DNA of 62,923 bases, the filler included, from Octopus bimaculoides (lineage: Eukaryota), in the NCBI RefSeq assembly GCF_001194135.2. It is 4 parts of 4 records of this genome, joined end to end, with 100 filler letters (N's around TTAATTAATTAA, not from the genome) between each part and the next. Parts side by side here need not be neighbours in the genome. Positions count along the whole stretch, not along the records: positions 1 to 27,681 come from NC_068991.1; positions 27,782 to 53,788 come from NC_068983.1; 2 more parts are not named here. One strand, given 5' to 3'. Position 1 is the stretch's first letter; each line of letters starts with the position of its first letter. The notes below the pieces were generated by a model. That model was not told the DNA's origin. It saw nothing but the letters and a program-made list of their open reading frames with translations, and did not search any database. Position numbers and translations under genes: made by a program. This document shows, piece by piece, positions 25,300-37,300 of the stretch.

Positions 25300-26275
25300 T
25301 GGAGGATGTATGTATGTATGTTATCAATCAGTTTCGTTTCTGTATTTCTTGTCCATAGAGAAAGAGCCGGACTCTAACATAGATTCAAGGCTCCTTCATT
25401 GGAACTTTTATCAACATCATCTAGGTATTTGTGCATATGTGTGTGTGTGCAGTATTTGGTGTTAGTGTATGCGCAGATTTGTATGTTTGTTTTATGGATG
25501 CGTTTTTATGTCTAGATGCATGCATATGTATTTATGTGCTAAATTTTTGGAAAGTTTTACATATCTTTACAGTTCCATTGATGGCTTGAATCTGTAGTCT
25601 TCTAATCAGCCTTTTTCTTTCAGGTTTTGAGAACCCTAATTTTTCCAGGTTTTTGTTGAGGCNNNNNNNNNNNNNNNNNNNNNNNNNNNNNNNNNNNNNN
25701 NNNNNNNNNNNNNNNNNNNNNNNNNNNNNNNNNNNNNNNNNNNNNNNNNNNNNNNNNNNNNNNNNNNNNNNNNNNNNNNNNNNNNNNNNNNNNNNNNNNN
25801 NNNNNNNNNNNNNNNNNNNNNNNNNNNNNNNNNNNNNNNNNNNNNNNNNNNNNNNNNNNNNNNNNNNNNNNNNNNNNNNNNNNNNNNNNNNNNNNNNNNN
25901 NNNNNNNNNNNNNNNNNNNNNNNNNNNNNNNNNNNNNNNNNNNNNNNNNNNNNNNNNNNNNNNNNNNNNNNNNNNNNATGTCTCATAGGTAGGTAATACC
26001 GTGATGACATTTTTGGACAGCTGCTAATGATGTGGGTGATATCTTCGATACTGATTCCACAGAGTCTGCATCGATTATTACATTGTGGCGCTTTGCCCGC
26101 CTCTCTGTCCTGTTTGTTTATTAGGAATTTGGTTGCTATTTCTTGTTCTTGAATAGCAAAGGCATACCCTTCAAAGTGAGAGTTGGTGACCCGATTGTTT
26201 GTCCACGATAGACTGCTCTGGTTGTCAATGTTGTTATCACCCTGGAGCTTTCTGTTAACGTATCCTTTCTGTTAA
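25300..26275 (-). mobile_element. 5'-truncated RLE non-LTR retrotransposon copy 1, (CATA)n tail
   Basis: NSHFEGYAFAIQEQEIATKFLINK, CRLCGISIEDITHIISSC (CCHC), gap, NLEKLGFSKPERKRLIRRLQIQAINGTVKICKTFQKFST*; 3'UTR ends in CATACATACATAC at ~25310-25322. Confidence 0.85.
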
Positions 26276-26276
26276 C

Positions 26277-27205
26277 GTATGTATGTATGTATGTATGTAT
26301 GTATGTATGTATGTATGTATGTATGTATGTGTATGTATGTATGTCTCTTCTTTTTCTTAACTGTTATAAATCTTCCACTGAGAAGGGAGCCGGTTTCTAA
26401 TAAGGATACAAGGCTCCATCTTTGGGATGTAGTTAATACAGACAAATTCATATTTGGAACTTGAGAAATGCCTTGCATATTTTTACTGTTCTACTCACAG
26501 ACTGAACTTGTAATGTACGAATCAGCCAGTTAGTTTCTCTTTCTGAAAACCCCAGTTTATCTAGATTCTCCTTTAAGCATTTACTAACAAAACCTAGTGT
26601 TCCAATTATTATTGGTATAAATATGAATTCATAGTCTGGATATAGAAGCTGAAGGTTTCGAAGCAGTTGTCCATAGGTATCCTCTTTTTCTTTGATATTC
26701 AAAGAGATATTTATATCTGCAGGTCAGCTGACCTCTATGACAGTACATACCTTTGTCTCTCTGTCCCAAACAACAATATCCGGCCTGTTACGTTTACATT
26801 TGACAGAAGTTTTGAGAGGTATATTCCACCAGTATTCCTTCAGTTGGTGTTTATGAATGCATTCTATCACAGAGGGATTTTCTAAGTTTATTTCGGGACA
26901 GTCTTTTTTGCAGATGGCATTGTAAAATGCTTTAGCAACATGTTGCTGCATAGAGAGGTAGTACCGTGACGACATTATAGGGTAGCTGCTAATCACATGC
27001 GTAATGTCTTCTACAGAAACATGACATAGACTACACATGTGGTTGCACCTTAGTATTACAAAAGCATCACTGTCTCTTTTGTTCACCAGGTGCTTTGTGG
27101 CAATCTCCTCTTCCTGGATTGCAAACTCATAGCCTTCAAAGTGTGATGTGATGTGGTAGTCTTGTGTCCAAGTGAGGCTGCGCTTCGTGTCAATTCTACT
27201 GTCTG
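26277..27205 (-). mobile_element. 5'-truncated RLE non-LTR retrotransposon copy 2 (diverged subfamily), (CATA)n tail
   Basis: TSHFEGYEFAIQEEEIATKHLVNK, CSLCHVSVEDITHVISSY (knuckle), NRPDIVVWDRETKVCTVIEVS (PD..E RLE motif), KEKEDTYGQL, IPIIIGTLG, TVKICKAFLKFQI*; (TATG)n at 26277-26345 and 27210-27276. Confidence 0.9.
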
Positions 27206-27207
27206 TC

Positions 27208-27239
<32 letters not shown>

Positions 27240-27293
27240 TGCATGTATGTATGTATGTATGTATGTATGTATGTATGAAAGGGCAATCATTGT

Positions 27294-27586
27294 AACTTAA
27301 CGTGGATGTATTGCTATAGTGCCGAATACACAGTTATTTATCTCTCATATCGATGCATATACATAAAAGAACACATGTCTATTGTCGCTGGTAGTGAGAT
27401 TTTATTGGTATTTCAAAACCAAACTTATAACACGTGATCTGGCAATTCTGGCACCCACAGTAGATGATTCTCTTCTGCCAGCGACATAATTATGCGTGTT
27501 TTTATGCACCCTGCGTCCATATGAGAGGTCACCTCAAGGTAAATAAGGCAGAATTCGGCGCTGTAACAATACATCCACGTTAAGTT
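27294..27586. repeat. Small inverted-repeat (MITE-like) element with nested inner repeat
   Basis: AACTTAACGTGGATGTATTGCTATAGTGCCGAAT (27294-27327) versus the reverse complement of 27553-27586 (3 mismatches in 34); inner TGTCGCTGGTAG / CTGCCAGCGACA. Confidence 0.6.
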
Positions 27587-27831
27587 GGATATAAAGATCA
27601 CCTTTGGCATCAATACTGCTTATGTCGCTAATGATATTTATTTTTACACGCATGTATGTAGTAGGTAGGTAGGTAGGTAGGNNNNNNNNNNNNNNNNNNN
27701 NNNNNNNNNNNNNNNNNNNNNNNNNTTAATTAATTAANNNNNNNNNNNNNNNNNNNNNNNNNNNNNNNNNNNNNNNNNNNNTATATATATATATATAATA
27801 TATATATATATTTACATATATATATATGTAT

Positions 27832-27883
<52 letters not shown>

Positions 27884-27888
27884 ATGTA

Positions 27889-27928
<40 letters not shown>

Positions 27929-28417
27929 TGTGTGTGTGTATTATAGACTTCGTATCATGAATTTAAATGACCATGTACACAGTCAGAAAAATAGTTAGAT
28001 AAAGAAAGAGAGAGACACATGGTCGGTAGTGTTGTTTATTTCTAAATCAGATCTAATCGAACATAGCAAAATTCAAAAATATCTCAACCATGACTTCTCC
28101 GTCTCATTCATATAAACAGGGAAACCAGGACTCCATCATCCAATTCATTCCTTTTCTTTACTTTTCTTTTAATTTAAGTTTCTCATTCGTACAGATGATA
28201 TTGTCTGACTTAAGAAAAGATTTCGGTGTGATATCTAGAACGGCTGATAATTACTTATATGCCAAACCCCTGCAAAGCCGAGATGATGGATGCTATTTCG
28301 ATGATAACTATAATGTGTAATAAGTCTGTTACGCACATTAGCTATCACCTTCACAGTGAGTAATCAAACTGAGTGTTCGAAATATATTATAATGTTACAA
28401 TACCAGTAATTTTAGCG

Positions 28418-28929
28418 GATGGGACCAGTCAATTAGATCGACCCAGTACGCAACTGGTTCTAAATTTATCGACCCCGAAACGATGAGTGGCAAAGTCAAC
28501 CTCGGCGGAATTTGAACTCAGAATATCAAAGCAGACGAAATACCATTAAGCGGTTCGCCCGACGTGTTAAAGTTTCTTATTTCTTTACTGCCCACAAGGG
28601 GCTGCACACAGAGGGAACAAACAAGGACAGACAAACGGATTAAGTCGATTATATCGACGCCAGTGCGTAACTGGTATTTAATTTATCGACCACGAAAGGA
28701 TGAAAGGTAAAGTCGACCTCGGCGGAATTTGAACTCAGAACGTAACGGCAGACGAAATACCTATTTCGTTATTGCCCACAAGAGGCTAAACATAGAGGGA
28801 ACAAACAAGAACAGACGAACGGATTAAGTCGATTACATCAACCCCAGTGCGTTACTGGTACTTAATTTATCGACCCGGAAAGGATGAAAGACAAAGTCGA
28901 CCTCGGCGGAATTTGAACTCAGAACGTAA
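28418..28929 (-). mobile_element. Tandem array of SINE family B units (~184-bp period, at least three cores, runs into a gap)
   Basis: Repeated GCCCACAAG.GGCT...GGATTAAGTCGATT...GGATGAAAG..AAAGTCGACCTCGGCGGAATTTGAACTCAGAACGTAA; GCCCAC starts at 28590 and 28774. Confidence 0.9.
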
Positions 28930-29350
28930 NNNNNNNNNNNNNNNNNNNNNNNNNNNNNNNNNNNNNNNNNNNNNNNNNNNNNNNNNNNNNNNNNNNNNNN
29001 NNNNNNNNNNNNNNNNNNNNNNNNNNNNNNNNNNNNNNNNNNNNNNNNNNNNNNNNNNNNNNNNNNNNNNNNNNNNNNNNNNNNNNNNNNNNNNNNNNNN
29101 NNNNNNNNNNNNNNNNNNNNNNNNNNNNNNNNNNNNNNNNNNNNNNNNNNNNNNNNNNNNNNNNNNNNNNNNNNNNNNNNNNNNNNNNNNNNNNNNNNNN
29201 NNNNNNNNNNNNNNNNNNNNNNNNNNNNNNNNNNNNNNNNNNNNNNNNNNNNNNNNNNNNNNNNNNNNNNNNNNNNNNNNNNNNNNNNNNNNNNNNNNNN
29301 NNNNNNNNNNNNNNNNNNNNNNNNNNNNNNNNNNNNNNNNNNNNNNNNNN

Positions 29351-29384
<34 letters not shown>

Positions 29385-30926
29385 GAACAGGCACACAATC
29401 TCGGTTACTTTCTCTGTCTGTCTCTCTGCCTCTCTCTCTCTCTCACTCGCTCCCTCTCATACATATATGTTTCATGCGAGTCTGAGTGAGCATATGCGTA
29501 TTTAGACGTATATATGAATATAATTGTGTGCGTATAGGTATATGTACGTGTGTGTGTGTGTGTGTGGACGTGTGTGCGGATATGTAAATTGGTACATGTG
29601 TATGGCTTCATATATGTGCACACAAATAGGAGTGTGTGCGGGTGAGCATGTATATGTTTCACGCAAGTGTGAGTGAGCATATGCATATACGCACATGTAC
29701 GTGGGTGTGCGTGCGCGCATGTGTATGTATGTACATACGCGCATACGCGTATTCTATGAGCGTTTTTCACTTTCTCCCCTTCGGGTTTTTCCCTTTATTT
29801 AACGGTCATTTTCGTAGTATTTCTGTTTGTCTTAATAACTGACGAGATGCCGGAGCTGATTTCGCCCCCATCCCGATATCTCGTAGTTTTATGATGGCAA
29901 CCGAATAATTGTCACATATTATATTACAGATAAATTCCTCTCTTTTCATAATATCGAGGTCTCATTCATTCTTTTGTTGTCATGCTATTACTATTGATAT
30001 ATGTATATATATATATATATATATNNNNNNNNNNNNNNNNNNNNNNNNNNNNNNNNNNNNNNNNNNNNNNNNNNNNNNNNNNNNNNNNNNNNNNNNNNNN
30101 NNNNNNNNNNNNNNNNNNNNNNNNNNNNNNNNNNNNNNNNNNNNNNNNNNNNNNNNNNNNNNNNNNNNNNNNNNNNNNNNNNNNNNNNNNNNNNNNNNNN
30201 NNNNNNNNNNNNNNNNNNNNNNNNNNNNNNNNNNNNNNNNNNNNNNNNNNNNNNNNNNNNNNNNNNNNNNNNNNNNNNNNNNNNNNNNNNNNNNNNNNNN
30301 NNNNNNNNNNNNNNNNNNNNNNNNNNNNNNNNNNNNNNNNNNNNNNNNNNNNNNNNNNNNNNNNNNNNNNNNNNNNNNNNNNNNNNNNNNNNNNNNNNNN
30401 NNNNNNNNNNNNNNNNNNNNNNNNNNNNNNNNNNNNNNNNNNNNNNNNNNNNNNNNNNNNNNNNNNNNNNNNNNNNNNNNNNNNNNNNNNNNNNNNNNNN
30501 NNNNNNNNNNNNNNNNNNNNNNNNNNNNNNNNNNNNNNNNNNNNNNNNNNNNNNNNNNNNNNNNNNNNNNNNNNNNNNNNNNNNNNNNNNNNNNNNNNNN
30601 NNNNNNNNNNNNNNNNNNNNNNNNNNNNNNNNNNNNNNNNNNNNNNNNNNNNNNNNNNNNNNNNNNNNNNNNNNNNNNNNNNNNNNNNNNNNNNNNNNNN
30701 NNNNNNNNNNNNNNNNNNNNNNNNNNNNNNNNNNNNNNNNNNNNNNNNNNNNNNNNNNNNNNNNNNNNNNNNNNNNNNNNNNNNNNNNNNNNNNNNNNNN
30801 NNNNNNNNNNNNNNNNNNNNNNNNNNNNNNNNNNNNNNNNNNNNNNNNNNNNNNNNNNNNNNNNNNNNNNNNNNNNNNNNNNNNNNNNNNNNNNNNNNNN
30901 NNNNNNNNNNNNNNNNATATATATAT

Positions 30927-30979
<53 letters not shown>

Positions 30980-31749
30980 TACACACATATAGATACATAT
31001 GTAATAAATGCATTATATATGAATACAAACACACGCACACATGGATACATCACACATCACATACACATGATAACTCAAATATGTACACCACCCTACACAC
31101 ATGTATAATATACACGCATATGAATACACATTTATATCTATATATACATTCATACGTACAAACACAGCACAACCGCGCACACACGCAATACACACACATA
31201 TGTGTATATGTATGTGTGTGTGTGTGTTTGTGTGTGTGAGTTTTTGCGTGTGTGTGTGTTTGCATTTGAGTGTATGTACGTATGTATTTATGTATATATG
31301 CCAAGTGAAAGAAAATAATGGAGGAGATGGTGTTATTCATTGAAAGAACTCCACCTGCTCTTTTTGTTTTCACTCTTCACAAATATGTGGTTTTGCCACT
31401 TCTGGAATCTCGAAATGAGATCTTCCCACAACTGGTCTGGCAGGTGAAACAACAACAACTATTAAGACTTGGCAATGGTAAATGTATTAAAGTGATGTAT
31501 TAGAGATAGTGATGTAGCGGAGGCATGTGACTGTGCGTGGGTGATGTAAGGGGATGTTGAGCTGTGCGCTAATACGGGTTGTAAAGATTTGAATATTTCA
31601 TTCCCTCGCTCAACACGTTATTTCAATTCAAATGACTCGAGATTCGAAAGTGACAGTTCAGTATGCCGTCAACAGCTACAAACATTGAATGAAATTATTC
31701 ATCTCAACAGTGAGACAGTTTACCTAGAGCCAGTCAAGGTTCTCCAACA

Positions 31750-32320
31750 GATGCGGGATTATTAACTGAGCTACTGCTAAGGCAGGCATACTGCTCCATA
31801 TTCAGAAAAGGCCCATTACCCGAGCCATTCTCGTCGTTCTTCTTCAACTTCCAGTTAATTCACTGGAAAGAGAGCACGTTCCCATCTAACCTAATTTTTT
31901 TCCAAGTGGGACTTGAGAATATTAATGGAGTTCGGACGAAACTTTTATCCTTTATTCTGATAGTTGGATCTGTCATAAATGCGTCATCAGTTGTTTAACA
32001 TACATCCTCAAATCAGTAGACACCAAACGGATTTGTAGATACCAAACGCTCACTCTTTTCGTTGACTGCGTAAATGACACAATATTCTTTACGCAAGTCC
32101 ACATTAGCAGATTCGTAAAATCGAGTCAGATCTTGTAACACTGTGGGAAATGACTGAGTAAGTTTAAGAGATTTTTGAAACACCCTTCGCCCCAATGGGA
32201 TATTCAAACACACAAACACATTCCACACCGAATGACATTCTTGGTAACGACCCATCCGTTGATAAATTGACTCGAGAGACCTGAATTGGGGCATAAATAA
32301 ACTCTACTATAAACACACCT
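31750..32320 (-). mobile_element. Highly decayed Tx1/L1-clade apurinic endonuclease fragment
   Basis: RYQECHSV (QETH-like), CVIYAVNEKSER (VYAPN-like) and DDAFMTDP (DWNAILDP-like) occur in the expected order; weak. Confidence 0.4.
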
Positions 32321-33254
32321 CCCTTCTGCAAATAACGTCCAAAATCACAGAGTTTTCTTTTGGGGTCAAAAAAGATGACCTCATATTTCTCTCAAACCTT
32401 TTCCCTACCTATTCAATCCTTTTTCTACCATCCCGAATAATCAAGCATCTCTTCGACTAAACTTTTCTTCTCTTTAACACTTTCGACTTTTCTTCTATCA
32501 ACTCATGAGTCATTGTTAGGATGGCCTTGCTTTTATTTCTATAAACAAGTACTTCAGCACCTTTCAGCTCATGCTATTTCCATTACAGACTGACTTGATA
32601 CTGGTCTTAAAAACAAACAAGCTTTTGCAGCGCTCTCGCTGTAGCTATTAATTTTGCTATTGATGATGGTGGTGGTAGCGGTCAGGTGGCAGCGGTGTTG
32701 ATTATGTTGACGATGGTCACAGGAAGGAGGTAGAGGTGGGGTGCGAAGTACTGGCGTTGAATATAATTGCGTTATTTCTGTATTGACGCTATTATTGTGT
32801 CACTGTTGTAGTTGTTGCTGCTGTTATTTTAGGGTTGCTACTGGCAACGCTGGTGCTTACATTGCAACTGTTTACGTATTCCTCCTTTGAACTTTGAACT
32901 AGTGGGACAAAATCGTCCTTCGTGAGTATAAAAGGGAGAATCTCTTATATTCCCAACTCTCTCTGTAATTTTGCTCTCGTCATATACGCGTCTTTGACAC
33001 ACGACGCCATTTTCTGAAATTGTGATTTCAATATATATGTAAATAAAATATTCTTTTAATATAATTTTGACATATATGGGACGGGAAAATTTATTGACTA
33101 GTCCTCCTTTTTCACATATTTCCACAATAAAATTCAAATCAAAAATGTATAACAAAACTATAATCAGGCAAAGTAATAATAATATATTCACACTCAGAAC
33201 GAACCGGAACACCTGTTGTTCTGACACCACCACCACCACCACCAACAACAACAA

Positions 33255-33500
33255 CTACAATAACGAAATTTTCTTTATTGGCAACAAGAGCCGAACACAA
33301 AACGAAAAATATAGAACAATACAAGATAAGGGAGAAGTGATACTTAGTACAAAAATACTTGTAAGTAATAAAAACAATGATAATTAACAACAAAATATAA
33401 ACAATAAATTCCCCCAAAGATAGGGAGTTTCATGCAGGGCCGAGCGATGAACCCCACACATTCTGGTTGCCTGACCGCCAAGGGCACCTCAGGCAGGTAC
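33255..33500 (-). mobile_element. Second, shorter Tx1-like 3'UTR/3' end
   Basis: Ends TTTTGTGTTCGGCTCTTGTTGCCAATAAAGAAAA, homologous to the 3' end of the 33530-34690 element; followed by (GTT)n(GGT)n. Confidence 0.55.
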
Positions 33501-33529
33501 CTAGTAATAATGATGATGATGATATAATG

Positions 33530-34690
33530 GTAATAATAATAATAATTATTATTTCATTTATTAGCCACTAGAGCCGACACATAGGGGACAATACATTAGA
33601 CATGGACAGTGGGGATTTTACACAGAAACAACGAATACACAATTAAAACAATAACAATGATATCAAACAAAAGAACATAACAATGAAAGTTCCTCAATGG
33701 GGGGGGGTAACCACCTGCAGTTGGATCAGGTACTCCACTAATCCTCAACCACTCGACACTTCGAGGGCATCCGGGAAGCACATCCTTCTCTCTCAAATTC
33801 GCTAGCCTACAGGCGAATTTTTAAACTAGGTTCACTCACACGTGCCATTTTCGCTACATTCACCCATCTTTTAGCAATTGTACTAAGAGGAAGCACTTCT
33901 CTTTCCACCTTCATCTTCCTTTCCAAATGAAATTTGAAAACTTGATGAGTGATTGGCCGAAGAGAAAAGTGTCTGTCTTCAGTCCTTTCAACCTGGTCCA
34001 CCATACAACCTCTTTCGCTACTGCTATCAGACAGAGGAAAATTGCCTAACCTTCCGGACCGATGGAAAGCGGCGGATCGATCTTTACTATGGACTCGGCT
34101 GATAGCCGAATCCGTCCTACACATGATAAAAGGTGTTCAACATAACACCACAAGCCAATAATGCAAGGACACTGGACGAGTTCGTATATAGCGGTTTCGT
34201 CGCTCTGCACGCATCTCGGACAGATCCGTCTGAAAGCACTTCCGTACCTGTAGAGTTTACTCGAACCGGCAGTGCCCTCCGGTAGCACTACCAAGCTAGG
34301 GTTTACTGGAAGTTATCCATCGTCGCCGGTTCGAAAGTCCTCCTGAACAGACTGGTTAGTTCGGCTTCGTCAACACCTAGTGTTTCTCCAAATGCGGCAT
34401 CGCTCTTTCCCACCACTAATCCTCTATAGAACTCAAGAATGGATGTTCCACTGATCGCATTGCCCACCTGGTAGAGGGCAGTGAGTGCCTGGCAATATTT
34501 CAGATGCCAGTCACCCTTCCTCGGTCTCTTCTTGACCAAGAACTGCAGCTTAGTCAAGGAGACGAGCTGTGAAAAACCCGTTTGACAAACCGTGACCACA
34601 CTTGTTCACCGTTTAGGCAGAATATCTGGAGATGCCGCAGCTTCAGCGCATGTCAGCACATCATTGGCCATGGCATGCACTGTCACGTTT
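33530..34690 (-). mobile_element. Tx1/L1-clade LINE 3' portion (ORF2 C-terminus, zinc finger, 3'UTR)
   Basis: KLYRYGSAFRRICPRCVQSDETAIYELVQC (zf-RVT-like), AVAKEVVWWTRLKG, FKFHLERKMKVERE..KRWVNVAKMARV; 3'UTR ending GTCCCCTATGTGTCGGCTCTAGTGGCTAATAAATGAAATAA. Confidence 0.85.
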
Positions 34691-35588
34691 TGGTTTCCCG
34701 TCTATTATATATACTTCGCCATTTTATTCATTTAATACGTTCTTCTCTCTTCTCCTTATAACGCCATATTGTCACGTGATTTACATATTTTAATTCTACA
34801 TGAGAAGTTTAATATTTGTGGTCACGAAGCAACGCCTTTTTGTCACATGAAACACGTATAAATTTCTATGCTTCATGGTTAATACTACAGTTAACAAGGA
34901 ATCTTCGATAAGATAAGTGATGCTGTTCTTTTTATTAATACTGTTGAACGTCCGAATTCATTTAATAGTTAATAACACTATCTTTTTATATGTTTTCCTA
35001 TTCTTAATCCACAGAAAGTATTTCTTCATTAGACGAATTATGCCTTTAACGTGACAGATGATTATTATTATAAAACCTTGACATTTTATGTATTGTACTA
35101 ATAATTGCTTTCCTAAACGTACAGATATTTCTACTTTTTCCTATTTTATTTGCATTTTTAAATATTAGGATACGTCTTTTGAATTTACAAGACCTGAAGA
35201 GTGTTCTCATTCTAAGTGGAACTTATCTTGATCGATTTATTGTAAATTGCATAGATATTTTCTACTATTATGTGGCCACGAATCGCGCGTAGTCTCTTAT
35301 TCACTTTCGTTTTTATGAATTTACAAAACTGAATTACATCTTTAATCTAATAATTTATAGATTTTATGGATTATAAATTTTCTTTTGGATTCTATAGTTT
35401 TTTAAATCAGTATTTTGTAGAGTACGTTTTTCTTGATGGTGTCTGATCTCCTTCAATGTTTGAATTGCATCTTGGTGGTTCTTCTCTAAATTACTAATAT
35501 ATTTTTCATTAATAAATTCCATTTGATATTATTAAATTGTATATCCTTGTAAGTTCGGATTTCGACTTTCCCTAATATTATAATATTT

Positions 35589-35647
<59 letters not shown>

Positions 35648-35669
35648 GGTATGTATGTATGTATGTATG

Positions 35670-37300
35670 CATTTCAATGTCTTGTGTAGTATTTATGCTA
35701 GATGCTTGAAATTTTTTGCCTTTATAAACAGAAATTCGTTGATAGCTTTCACAGATCTGTCGGTTACTATTCATTCTGTAAATGATAATGATCTGTGCAT
35801 CTTTGAATTATTGGGAATGGTTACTGCATTGCCAATATTCTTTGACGAAGTGGATAAGCAAATCCCTCTCGCCTCATATCTAAAGGGAAGCTTGATTTTG
35901 TCTCATAGATGACAGTTTCTTCTTCCTATTTGATAGACCTTTCAAATTTATATCCTCTGGAATTTTTGCGATTCAGCTGGCTTTTACGAGAAATACTTGG
36001 AGGTCGATTTAGCAGATCACTAAAGTTCTGCTAACATCACTTCATCATGTTGGAGTAGAGATGTGAATTAACCTTACTTCTCACATAAGATCATGTCCAT
36101 CTCACATACCGAGCCATAAGATTTTCACATTATGTATACCAACAAGAGCCAAAATCTTTTGATCTCTTGTCGCATCGTTGTTTTTTGCAGGCGTCATAGT
36201 CCTTTTTATATCAAAGCATTTACGTCTTTGAATCAGCTGGTAGAATTCTGTGTACCTCATTCATTCAGAATAGCTTGATAGAATTTCTGTGCTTCAGAAA
36301 ACAGTTGTTCTATTTTGACATCATTTTCACAACACTAGTCAGCAGGCCTGCATTTTGAGAAGCATTTTTGATGCAGCTGCTACTTTATAGAGTGTATTGC
36401 ACAAGCTGTGACCAGCAAGAACCGAGAGCTGCTCTGTCAATTCGTGTGATGTCTGATAGCACTTTTGATTGAATTATCAAGGTACGCTGAAATTGTATGT
36501 AACACTTCATGGTTTAAGTTGCAGACTTTCAGTTGTTTTTGTGTAGTTCTTCCGGACTTTCTTATTCTTCTGTTTTACAAACAAATTGCATGCAGTGCAT
36601 ATCAATATCTGGTCACTGCGCATATGTTTGCAATATTGTCCCAGCAGTTAGGCGTGTAGTCCTATGGATGAGTGAGGTCTTTCCGAATGCGGATGGCACC
36701 GGCTTTAAAAGCACTTTGCAAAAGGCTGAAAACAATGTTTATTACAGCCAGATCATATTTTGTGCTTAGATCAAGTAGGATATTTTTTCTATCTCAGCGG
36801 TAATAATCATTCCCAGAATGACCTAGAGCTTTGCCCCATAACTGGTAACTCTTCCCAATTCTTGGAGCTTGTCATTTGTCTTCACGGTGTCTAGATGTCT
36901 ACGTCTACATCATAGAACTCCTCATTCTGCTCGTTTATTATCGCAGTTCATAGAGATTAAATCCAGTTATTTACCGATTTCCAGTTAGGGAAAATATCAA
37001 GAGGAACGACATTAAGTTACTGACAAGATTGCTTAAGTAATCTAGATATGTAGGTCAACTCTAGGTTCACTCCGTGTAGCGATCTCATATCTCTCAGTCG
37101 TGTCTTTGAGAGAGCAGCAGTATCTATAGAAAAAGTACACCAAATCCGTATTAAGTATTGTATTTCTCTGTTCGGTTCTTCCCAAAGTGGTTTCATCCAG
37201 CAAAGAAGCCAAAAATTAGTTTGGTTTGTTTACTCTGATTACTTCTGGCTTTTCTCCGAACACACAAATAAAGAACACACTGGACTTGGTACCCTGTTCA
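35670..37300 (-). mobile_element. Ancient RTE LINE (endonuclease, linker, RT N-terminus), heavily mutated
   Basis: IDTAALSKTRL, KYDLAVINIVF, CENDVKIEQLFSE, FSDLLNRP and FKDAQIIIIYRMNSNRQICESYQRISV occur in colinear order. Confidence 0.6.

Noticed and set aside
27726-27737. TTAATTAATTAA islands inside gaps (also 53833-53844 and 59292-59303)
   Set aside because: Each is centred in exactly 44 N + 12 + 44 N = 100 bp and gives stops in all six frames; it is a synthetic scaffold linker, not biology.
29909-31239. Long ORFs of 200-600 aa in the ORF track (also 41253-42218, 45161-45842, 46783-47635, 59368-61215)
   Set aside because: They consist of N runs and microsatellite translations (YIYI, HTHT, poly-L/I/N).
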